Source: the human T2T-CHM13v2.0 reference genome, Homo sapiens
Assembly (NCBI RefSeq): GCF_009914755.1
Contig: NC_060926.1
DNA: 64,000 nt
Reading direction: 5' to 3' (one strand)
Shown: positions 53,084 through 64,000 of the stretch, in pieces
Numbering within the stretch: position 1 is the stretch's first letter
How the letters are laid out: the number at the start of each line of letters is the position of its first letter
The notes under the pieces: model-generated
Told to the model about the DNA's origin: nothing
Seen by the model: the letters and a program-made list of their open reading frames with translations, nothing else
Database searches by the model: none
Position numbers and translations under genes: made by a program

Positions 53084-55243
53084 CGTTGCTACAAAAAGAA
53101 TAAAATACCTAGGAATACAGCTAATTAGGGAGGTGAAAGATCTCTACAAGGAGAACTAAAAACCACTGTTCAAAGAAATGACAGATGACACAAACAAATG
53201 GAAAAACATTCCATGTTCATGGATAGGAAGAATCAATATCATTTTAAAATGGTCATACTGCCCAAAGCAATTTATAAATTCAATGCTATTGCCATTAAGC
53301 TACCATTGACATTCCTCACATAACTAGAAAATACGATTTTAGAATTCACATGGAACCAAAAAAGAGCCTGAATAGCAAAGGCAATCCTAAGCAAAAAGAA
53401 CAAAGCTGGAGATATCATGCTACCCAATTTCAAGCCATACTACAGGGCTACATTAACTGATATGGTTTGGCTGTGTCCCCACTCAAATCTCATCTTGAAT
53501 TGTATCTCCCACAATTCCCAAGTATTGTGGGAGGGACCCAGTGGCAGGTAATTGAATCATAGGGGCCGGTTTTTCCTGTGCTATTCTCATAATAGTGAAT
53601 ATGTCTTCATGAGATCTAATAGTTTTATAAGGGGGAGTTTCCCTGCACAAGCTCTCTCTCTTTGCCTGCCATCATCCATGTAAGACGTGACTTGCTCCTC
53701 CTTGTCTTCCACCATGATTGTGAGGCTTCCCCAGCCACATGGAACTGTAAGTCCATTAAACTCTTTTTCCTGTATAAATTACCCAGTCTTGGGTGTGTCT
53801 TTATCAACAGTATGAAAACAGACTAATACAGTAACCAAATCAAGATGGTACTGGTACAAGAACAGACACATAGCCCAGTGGAACAGAAAAGAGAACCCAG
53901 AAATAAGACCAAACACCTACAACTAACTGATCTTTGACAAACCTGACAAAAACAAGCAATGGGAAAAGGATTCCTTATTCAGTAAATGGTACTGGGATAA
54001 TCAGCTAGCCATATACAGAAAATTGAAACTGGACCCCTTCCTTACACCATATACAAAAATTATCTCAAGACAGATTAAAGAATTAAATGTAAAACCCAAA
54101 ACTATAAAAACCCTGGAAGATGACCTAGGCAATACCATTCAGGACATAGGCATGGGCAAAGAGTTCATGACAAAGATGCCAAAAGCAATTGCAATAAAAG
54201 CAAAAATTGAAAAATGGGATCTAATTAAACTAAAGAGTTTCTGCACAGCAAAAGAAGCTATCATCAGAGTAAACAGACAACTTACAGAATGGGAGAAAAT
54301 TTTTGCAAACTATGCATCTGACAAAGATCTAACATCCAGCATCTGTAAGGTACTTAAACAAATTTACAAGAAAAACAAACAGCCCCATTAAAAAGTGGGC
54401 AAAGGATATCAACAGATAACTTTTCAAGAGAAGACATACATGCAGCCAGCAATCATATGAAACAAAGCTCAACATCACTGATGATTAGAGAAATGCAAAT
54501 CAAAACCAAAATGAGATACCATCTCACACCAGTCAGAATGACTATTATTAAAAGGTCTAAAAACAACAGATACTGACGAGGTTGTGGAGAAAAAGGAATG
54601 CTTATACACACTGTTGCTGGGAGTGTAAACTAGTTCAACTATTGTGGAAGACAGTGTGGCAATTCCTCAAAGACCTAAAGACAGAAATACCATTTGACCC
54701 AGCAATCCTATTACTGAGTATATACCCAAAGGAATATAAATCATTCTATTATAAAGACATATGCACATGTATGCTTATCTCAGCACTGTTCACAGTAGCA
54801 AAGACATGGAATCAACCTAAATGTCCAGCAATGATAGACTGGATAAAGAAAATGTGGTTCATGTACACCATGGAGTACTGTGCAGCCATAAAAAAAGAAT
54901 AAGATCATGTGCTTTGCAGGGACATGGATGGAGCTGGAGAGTATTATCCTTAGCAAACTAATGCAGGAACAGAAAACTGAACACCACATGTTCTCACTTA
55001 TAAGTGGTAACGAAATGATGAGAACACATGAACACCTAGAGGAGAACAACACACACTGAAGCCTATCAGAAGGTTCAGAAGGTGAAGGGTTGGAGGAGGG
55101 AGAGGATCAGGAAAAATAACTAATAAGTATGAGGCTTAATACCTGGATGATGAAATAATCTGTATAACAAACACCCATGACACATGTTTAGCTTTGTAAC
55201 AAACCTGCACATATATCCTTGAACTTAAAGTATAAAAAAAAAA
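53084..55243 (+). mobile_element. 5'-truncated older L1PA with TSD
   Basis: ORF2 peptides ([13 protein letters not shown]...), 3' UTR and polyA; TSD AAAAATAGATGTG at 53071-53083 and 55244-55256. Confidence 0.92.
53458..53830 (+). mobile_element. THE1 solo LTR inside L1
   Basis: TGATATGGTTTGGCTGTGTCCCCAC ... GAAAACAGACTAATACA; 5-bp TSD TTAAC / GTAAC. Confidence 0.92.
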
Positions 55244-56338
55244 AAAAATAGATGTGTGAATTCCTAGGAAAGATCTGTAGGGAAGCTTCATGTCTAATGG
55301 AGGAAATCAGAAATCCCCATGATATATGCAGGAGATCCATAAGACTCTTGAGGGTTTTGTACCAAGAGAAACAAAGATTTCCATGTCCTATCTCCTAGAA
55401 CCTATAATCTGTTACTTTACATGGCAGAAGGGACTTTGAAGATGTAATTAAGTTAAGGATCTTGAGATAAGATCACATGGGCCACTAAAGTCAGAGAACA
55501 TATCCTTCTGTCGAGAGAGGGATGTGTGACTATGGAAGAATGGTCAGAGAGAATAGAGCTGGATGTGGAGATGGATGCAGGGGTCCATCAACTAAAGAAT
55601 GTGGGCAGCCTTCCGAAGCTGGAAAAGGCTCCTCTGTGGCCTCCAGAAAGGAGCAAAGCCCTGCAGACACCTTGATTGATTTTAGCCCTGTTAGGTGCAT
55701 GTCAGATTTCCAACCCTCAGAATTATGAGACCACAAATCTGTGATTTTTTTGTCACTAAATTTATGGTAATTTATTACAGCAGCAATACCTTTTGTAAGA
55801 CAAAAAAAAAATTTCACCCTATACGGTTATATTCAATCTTCTAAACTAACAATTTATATTTTTTCAAATTACTTACACCTTTATGCTTTTTTTTTCTGAT
55901 TTTAAAATACTTGTTCCCTGTAAACTTTGCTGTACATATTTCTATATTTTTTTCTATGCTTTGTTAGCACATTTAGAATTATGTGATATATCTAAATGAA
56001 TACATTTAAACTGTTACATTTCTTTTTAAATCAATATAACATGCACTGGATATTATAAACATTTAATATCTTGCCAACTTAACTGTAAAAAAAAGTTTTA
56101 TTTCATTCCTGTTTTAACTTACATTGCTTTCATTTTTGGTGCAGTTGAGCATTCTTCATTTGTTATTGGCCATTTTTGTTTCTTCTCCTACGAGTGCCTG
56201 GAACTTATATTTTGCCAGTGTGTTGTCTTTTTTTCCCCATGCTTTAGGACAACAGGAATACTTATATATGATATATACTAAGGGTTGACTACGTGTGTTG
56301 TCATATTTGATGTTATTCTTTTACGTTTCTTTGTGGTA

Positions 56339-58672
56339 TAGGCACATCTCGTTTGATTGCACTTCACTTTATTGTACTTTGAGGATATTGTGAGTTTTAC
56401 AAATTAAATGTTTGTGACAACCCTGTGTCAAAAAAAGTCTGTTGGTGCCCTTTTTCCAACAGCATGTGCTCACTTTGTGTCTCTGTCACATTTTGGTAAT
56501 TCTCGCAATATTTCAAATTTTATTATTATTCTTCTTCCTGTTATGGTAGTATGAACAGTGGTAACAATGATCTTTGATGTTACTATTCTAACTGTCTATG
56601 GCACCACACACTGTGTTCGTATAAGATGGCAAACCTAATAAATGTTGTGTGTGTTTCAACTGCTTCACTGACCAGCTGTTCCCCTGTCTCTCTCCCTCTC
56701 TTTGACTTTCCTCTTTCCTGAGACAAAAAAATATGGAAATTAAGTCAATTAATAATCCTACAATGGCCTCTAAGGGCTCAAGTTAAAGGAAGCGTCACAT
56801 GTGTCTCACTTTAAATAAAAAGCTAGAAATGGTGAGGCTTAGTTAGGAAGCCATGTCAAAAGCTGAGAGGCTGAAAACTAGGCCTGTTGCAGCAAACAAT
56901 CAGCCAAGTTATGAAGTGCTACTCCAGTGAACATACGAATAATAAGAAAGTAGAACAGTCTTATCGCTGATATGGAGAAAGTATGAGTGGTCTGGATAGA
57001 AGATCCAACCAGCCACAACATTCCCTTAAGCCAAGCCTTAATCCAGAGTGAGGCCTAAACTCTCCTCAATTCTATGAAGGCTGAAAGATGTGAGAAGCTG
57101 CATAAGAAAAGTTTGTGGCTAGCTGATGTTGGTTCCTGAGGTTGAAGGAAAGAAGCTGTCTCATAACATTAAAGTGCAAGGCGAAGCTGCAAATGCTGAT
57201 GTAAAAGCTGCAGAAGGTTGTCCAGAAGATCTAGCCAAGATCCTAGATGAAGATGGCTACACTAAACAACAGTTTTACAGTGTAGACTAAACGGCCTTTT
57301 ATTGGAAGAAGATGCCATCTAGAACTGTCATAGCTAGAGAGGAGAAGTCAATGCCTGGTTTCAAAGCTCCACAGAACAGGCTGAGTCTCTTGTTAGAAGC
57401 TAAGGCAGCAGGTGACTTTCCCTTGAAGCCAATACTCATTCACCATTCTGAAAATCCTAGGGCCCTTAAGAATTATTCTAAGTCTACTCTGCCTATGCTG
57501 TATAAGTAAAATAAAGCCCAGATCATAGAACATCTGTTTACAACATGGTTTACTGAGTATTTTAAACCCACTGTTGAGACATACTCCTCAGAAAAAAAGA
57601 TTCCTTTCAAAATATTACTGTTCATTGACAGTGCACCTAGTCATCCAGGAGCTCTGATGGAGATGTACAAGGTGATTAGCATTATTTCCATGCCTGCTAA
57701 CACAACGTCCATTCTGCAGCCCATGGATCAAAAAGTAATTTCAACTTGCAAGTCTTAATATTTAAGAAACACATGTTGTAATGCTATAGCTGTCTCTATA
57801 CATAATGATTCTTCTGATGAATCTTGGCAAAGTCAATTGGAAACCTTCTGGAAAGGATTCACCATTTTACATGCCATAATAACATTCATGATATATGAGA
57901 GGAGGTCAAAATATCAACATTAACAGGAATTTAGAAGAAGTTGATTACAATCCTCGTGGATGACTTTGAAGTGTTCAACACATCAGTGAAGAAGTAATTG
58001 CAAGTGTGGCAGAAATAGCCAAGAGAACCAGAATTAGAAGTGGAGCCTGAAGATGTGATTGAATTGCTGCAATCTCATGATAAACCTTGAGTGGACAAGG
58101 AGTTGCTTCTTAAGAATGAGCAAAGAAAGCAGTTTCTTGAGATGGAATTTATACCTGGTGAAAATGCTGTGAACATTGTTGAAATGACAACAAAGGATTT
58201 AGAATATATTAGTTGATAAAGCAGCAGCAAGATTTGAGAGGATCTACCGTGATAAAATGCTACTCAATAGCATTGCATGCTACAGAGAAATCTTTCAGGA
58301 AGAGCCAATCAATTTAGCAAACTTCATTACTGTCTTATTTTAAGAAATTTCCACAGACACCTCAGCCTTCATCAGTCACCACCCTAGTCAGTCAGTAGCC
58401 ACCAACATCCAGGCAGGACTTTCCACCAGCAAAGAGATTATGACTTACTGAAGGCTCAAGTGATCATGAGCATTACATTTAGCAATAAAGTATGTTTAAG
58501 ATATGTTCATTTTATTTTAGACACAATGCTATTGCACACTTAATATACCACAGTATAGTGTAAACATAACTTTCATATGCACTGGGAAACCAAAACATTT
58601 GTGTGATTTACCTTATTGCAATATTCACTTTATTGCAGTGGTCTGAAACCAAGTATTTCTAAGATATGCCTG
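56339..58672 (+). mobile_element. Near full-length Tigger1 DNA transposon, transposase disrupted
   Basis: TA-flanked TIRs (TAGGCACATCTCG ... AAGATATGCCTG); transposase peptide [18 protein letters not shown]...[18 protein letters not shown]. Confidence 0.92.
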
Positions 58673-58914
58673 TATCTTTATCCCAAAGAAGCTTGAAATT
58701 TTTATCTGATCAAATCTGTCAGCCTTTTCATTTATGGTTTCCAGGTTTTATGTAAAATTTGCAAATATATTGTCCACCTCATAATTTAGAAACATGTTTA
58801 CTTACTTCTAGAATATTTGGAATACTTTTTAATGTTTAAATCTATAACACACATGGAATTCATTTATTGGTATATGATGTGAGATGGTAATTAAGAGATA
58901 TAACACTGGTAGTT

Positions 58915-60670
58915 TTTTTCTTCATGATTCAAAATACTATTTTATGTATGTTTTCCAGTATATACAGAACTGTGTCTTATCACATTTCTTTATCCATTCA
59001 TCTGTTGATAGAGACTTAGGTTGTTTCTATGTCTTAACTACTGTGAATTATGCTGCAATGAACATGTGGATGCAGATACCTCTTTAAGATATTGGTCTCA
59101 TTTCCTATAAATTCATACCCCAAAGTGAGATTTCTGGATTGTATGTATTTCTGTTTTTAACTTTTTGAGGAACCTCCATACTGTTTTCCATAATGGCTGT
59201 ACCAATTTACATTCCCACTTAGAGCATACAAGAGTTCCTTTTCCCCACAACCTCACCAACACTTGTTATCTCCTGCCTTTTTGCTAATAGCTATCCTAAT
59301 AGGTGTGAGGTGATGTTTCATTATGGTTTTGAGTTACAATTCTCTCATGATTAGTAATGTTGATTGCTTTTTTTATAATCCATTGGCCATTATATGTCTT
59401 CTTTGGGAAAACATTTATTAAGATCCTTTGCCCATTTTTAAATCAGATTATGACATGCTTTTGTTTTGTTTTGTTTTTTTGCTATTGAGTTATGTGAGTT
59501 CCTTATATATATTTAGGTAGTAACCCTTATCAAATACATGGTTTGCAAATGTTTTCTCCTATTCCGTAGGTTGCCTTTTCATTTTTACAATTATTTCATT
59601 TGCTGTACAAAAGCTTTTTAGAGTGATGTAGGTCCACTTGTTTATTTTTGCTTTTGTTCCTGTGCTTCTGGTGTCATATCTAAAGAATAATTGCCCAGAC
59701 TAACCTCAAGGAGCTTTTCCTCTGTTTTCTTCTAGGAATTTTATGGTTTTATATTTGACATTTAAGCCTTTAATCTATTTTGAGTTAATTTTTGTATATG
59801 GTGTAAGCCAAGCGTCTAATTTCATTCTTTTGCTTGTGGATATTCAGTTTTCTTAGGACCATTTATTGAAGAGACTGTCTTTTCTCCATTATTTATTCTT
59901 GGCACCCTTGTCAAGATTAAATGCCCCTTCTTGACATCTGTATTCAGCATAGTGATGTAAGTCCTAGTCAGAGCAAGTAAGAAAGAAAGAAAAGGCATCC
60001 AAATTGGAAAGAAGTTAAATTGTCTCTGTTTGCAGGTGACATGATCTTCTATGTAGAAAACCCTATAGACTCCATCAAAAAACTGTTGGAACTAACAAAT
60101 GAATTAGTAAGGTTGCAGAATTCAAAGATCAGTTGTGTTTCTATGCACTAACAATGAACTATCCAAAAAATAAATTAAGAAAACAATCCCATTTACAATA
60201 GCAACAAAAAGAATAAAATAGGAACCAAGTTAACAAGAGGTGAAATATTTGCACACTGAAAACTATGACATTGATGAAAGAAATTGAAAAATATACAAAT
60301 AAATGGAAAGATATCTCATGTTCATGAACTGGAAGAATAGTGTTAAAATGTCCATATTACCCAAAGTGATCTGAAGAGTCAATGAAATCTCTATCAAAAT
60401 TTAAATGACATTTTTCACAGAAATAGGTAAAAGGAATCCTAAAATTTGTATTGAATCATAAAAGACTCCAAATAGTCAAAGTAATTTTGAAAAAAAAGGA
60501 AACAAACTGGAGGCATCATACTGTCTGATTTTAAACTATGTTACAAAGCAAGAGTAATCAAAACCATATGGTACTGTCATAAAAACAGACATAAACCAAT
60601 GCAATTGAATAGGGAACCCAGAAATAAACACTCATGCATGTATGTTCAAGTAATCTTTGATAAGGACAAC
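58915..60670. mobile_element. L1 (L1M/L1MA-like) with internal inversion: minus 58915-59922, plus 59923-60670
   Basis: Two consecutive ORF2 segments in opposite orientations. Confidence 0.8.
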
Positions 60671-62524
60671 AATTACAGAATTTTCTTTATGTAGATGTTC
60701 CACGCATCCACTTTTCTTATCTGCTTTATTGAGCTGTAATTTGCATAAAACAAATTCATCACCTTAAGGTATAACCTAATTTGTTTTAACAAATGTGTGC
60801 AGTTATATAAATACCTCCACAATCATGACATGTATCATTTTCATCACCCCAAAGTCCACTTGCATTCTTCTCTCCATTCTCTGGTTCTCGACAACAGCTG
60901 ATCTGTTTTTTGCTAGTTTGTTTTTTAAAAGATGGGGCCTCACTGTGTGTTCCAGGATGACCTTAAACTCCTGGGCTCAAGTAATCCTCCTGCCTCAGAC
61001 TCCCAAATAAGTGGGAATACAGGCATATACCACCCCTAAACCAAGGTGTTTTTTTTTTTAATTTGCAACCTAATGTGTGGTCAATATTTGTAAATGTTTT
61101 CTGCCCCTTGAGAATAATGTACATTTGAACTATTTGTTAGGCTCTGGCTTCACTCCATATATATCTTTTTTATCAAGCACAACTTTCTTGTTTAAATTTG
61201 TGTCCATAGTAATTTAAATTTTATTTGCTCCATCAGATTTGCATACAAATGTGTTAAATTCTTGCACATGGTTGTATATTTGCCAATTCCTCTTTATCTT
61301 GTTGCTTTACTTTAAATATTTTGAGGCTATTTATGATTTGTAACTTTTTAATGGATGTTTTTCTTTTATCATTATACAGCATTCTGCTTTATCCCTGTTA
61401 ATGCTTTTGCCGTAAAATCTCTTTTGCCAAGTACTAACATTGTTACACAAACTTTTATGATTTTTTAAAAATATTTTCCACTCACTTTATGTGATGCCCT
61501 TTTGTTCAGTTTTCTTTTATGTCTCTTGTAACTGCACTTAACTTTTGTAGTTTTGTCTGATATTCCTAGCTTCTTAATAGGTAAATTTCAATTTGTTTAC
61601 ATTTATTGAGTTTCCAGATGTATACGGACCTATATCTTCTGTGGTATTGTTGACCATTCTCTATTTGTATCTTTCGTGTCTCCTTCCTGCTTTTTAATGG
61701 ATTGGTATAAAACTATATATTCTCCCCTTTCTCCCTGCTGGTTTGGAAATTAAAGATAAAATTTCTGTAAGCTTTTAAATTATGCCCCAATCCCAAAAGA
61801 TGACAAGGATCTTATCATGGTTTCACTACAAACTGAACACCCCATCTCTACCATTTTGGCTATTGTTTAATATTTTATTTTTAACTATAAATTTTGAAAC
61901 TATTATCATTTTTACAGTTGATATTTACTTAATTTAAAAAAATATTTTGTATACTCACCATTGTTCTTTTTCTTTGGTTTCACTTTTTGTCTAGCTGAAG
62001 TAAATTCTTTGTTTTTTCTAGTGAGTGATCTCTAAGTGGTAAACTCTGTAAGTGTTGGGTGTACAACTTTTTCTTTACTTTGATAGAACTTTTTAGCTAC
62101 ATTAAAAATTCCAGGTCGATAATTTATTTCTTCTCAGTATAGTAAGGTGATTACTATATTATTTCCTGGAATCTATGGTGTGGCTAATAACAATTATTCT
62201 CTTATTGTAACTAACTGTAACTTCTTGGTAAATATTCTGTCCTTTCTCTCTAAAAGCTTTTATTCCCCAAAATTTAATCACGAAAATTTTAAGCATACAG
62301 AAGACTTGGGAGAATTGTACACTAAACATCAATATACTTTCACATAGATTCACAATTAACATTGTATCATTCCTGCTTTATCACTTTTCTATTCATCTAT
62401 GCATTTCTCTATCCACTCACTAACCGGTGGTCAAGTTTGAAACATTTCAAGGCTGCAGACGTTAGCACTATTCCCCCTCAACTACGTCAGAATGTATATC
62501 ATTAAGTAGAGTTCAATGTATGTT

Positions 62525-63075
62525 TAGAGTTCTTTTGTTAAGATAAAATTTACAATGAAATGCACAAGTATTAAGTGTACCATTTGATGAGTTCTTATAA
62601 CTGCATTTTTCTGCACCATCAAAATTCTTATCAAGATACAGAACATGATCATCACCCTGGAAAGGTTCCTTACGCCCTTTCTGGTGTATCTCCACCCACT
62701 ATCCATCAGGGCAATCACTACTCTTCTTTTTAACTATGATAATTTGGCTTTTAAAAAACTTTATATAAATAAGGTTTTATAGCATATTCTCTTTAGAGTG
62801 GGATTTATTTCACACAGCATGTTTTTGAGATTCATCCATATTGTTGGATGTCTCAGTAGTTTGTTCTTTTTCATTGCTAAGTAGTGTACATTATCTGGAT
62901 ATACCAAATTTTGTTTATAATTCTCCTATTGATGGACACCTCGAGTTTTTTAAGTTTTTGCTATTATGAAAACTCTGCTGAGTACATTCTTGTAGGAGTC
63001 TTCCTGTTTTTTCGTATCTCCTGCATAAATACCTAGAAACAAAATTGCCGGGATATAGAGTAGATGCATCAGTTC
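62525..63075 (-). mobile_element. Old L1 3' end fragment
   Basis: GAAATGCACAAGTATTAAGTGTAC, TTTTGAGATTCATCCAT and CTATTGATGGACAC motifs. Confidence 0.7.
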
Positions 63076-63637
63076 TTTCCCCCAGGACCCATGAAAAGGA
63101 TGGTGCAGAGCAAGCCCAGGTGGATGCTGCACTCATAGGTGTGTGCAGCAGCAGAAGAATGCTTCACTGAGGAAACCTATGGGATTATAAGGGGACCAAT
63201 AGCAAACCTGCCCAAACCTTACCTCTGAGGGAGACATTATCTTTTTAGCTGGAATTTAAGCAATTCTCCTCTGGGGATATTAAGCAAATCTCCTCTGGGG
63301 ATCTTAAGCAAATCTCTTCTGGAGGCATCTCCTCTGGAAAATTTCTAAGGAGGGAGATGTTCTCTACTTTATACTGGTCAGGGATACATTTGCCCTATAA
63401 TCTGGAGGCTACATGATCTCTAGCTTCCAAGGCCGCTTTGGTATTCAAATATCCTTGAAGTGATACTCTGAGGCACGTAGAAATGCCATGGAGAATGGCC
63501 TCCCAGCAAATTCACCCCACATTTTTGCTTCTGGCAAATTTCCCCATGAAGACACCACCCCATCAGCCACTCTGATTATTCGGACCCATGGGTCCACATC
63601 CATTCAATTTTTTTCCTGCAACATTTAACAAATCTTG

Positions 63638-63780
63638 ACCCAGTGCAGCGGCTCACTCATGTTATCCCAGTACTTTGGGAGGCCAATACAGGAGGATCAC
63701 TTGAGGTCAGGAGTTCAAAAACCAGCCTGGACAACATAGTGAGACCCCGTATCTACACACACACACGTACCCACACACAT
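63638..63780 (+). mobile_element. Alu monomer (FLAM-like) with (CA)n tail
   Basis: GGATCACTTGAGGTCAGGAGTTC...GAGACCCCGTATCTAC followed by CACACA. Confidence 0.8.
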
Positions 63781-64000
63781 TTCATAAACTGTAAACGATC
63801 TAGGTCCCTTATGAGCACCTCTAAGGTACAAGTCCTTATGTGAGGGAGGCAAGTTAGTGCCTGGCTTTCATACAAGAAGCACAATCCCAAGGGCACACGT
63901 GGTGCTCCCAGAAGGGAAGTGTATACAATTGTTGGGCTTCCCTGAGTGGGATGTACATTAGTAAGGGAGAAGGTGAACAGTGTCTCTTACGTGGCTCCTG

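Larger units (their letters stand above)
51867..55790 (+). mobile_element. MLT1 MaLR element (LTR ~51867-52341, internal, partial second LTR ~55380-55790) interrupted by L1
   Basis: TGTGGTAGACAG...GGTAATTTGTTATGGCAGCAA...TAATACA, followed by GATTTTGGTAC internal start; similar LTR motifs recur at 55380-55790. Confidence 0.75.

Noticed and set aside
57312-57509. Tigger1 transposase ORF as a domesticated TIGD-like gene
   Set aside because: Only a 65-aa open fragment; surrounding frames contain stops.
63255-63340. 24-bp tandem repeat TTAAGCAAATCTCCTCTGGGGATA
   Set aside because: About 3 degenerate copies inside probable ERV-like internal sequence; ordinary slippage, and the family could not be assigned.
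51762-64000. Further SP140 exons (exon 16 onward)
   Set aside because: I found no exon continuing the basic RKKRGH-type sequence; the interval is almost all repeats.

Overview
Primate (human-like) genomic DNA containing the head-to-head 5' ends of two speckled-protein genes. SP110 is on the minus strand (non-coding first exon near 1000-1170, plus candidate upstream alternative exons near 2831-2910 and 6660-6850). SP140 is on the plus strand: coding exons 1-15 lie between 6970 and 51761 and splice in frame to 1498 nt, encoding the HSR/CARD domain, an acidic repeated region and the start of the basic NLS. The 3' part of SP140 (SAND, PHD and bromodomain exons) is beyond the window. Much of the intronic sequence is interspersed repeats: Alu, L1, L2, LTR8, MLT/THE1, Tigger1, MER2 and MER75. 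Gene and repeat-family names come from recognition of sequence, not from a database search. The genes are known, and I found no wholly new biological system. The most notable structure is the SP140 middle region, an array of duplicated exon-plus-intron modules in which every exon from 4 to 15 is a frame-neutral phase 1-1 cassette. It includes a recent ~4.45 kb tandem duplication with a newly created splice acceptor, a dead copy of exon 8 and a copy-specific L1 insertion. Also notable are an identical 16-bp IRF element at both divergent promoters and an L2-derived terminal exon that would give a CARD-only isoform.
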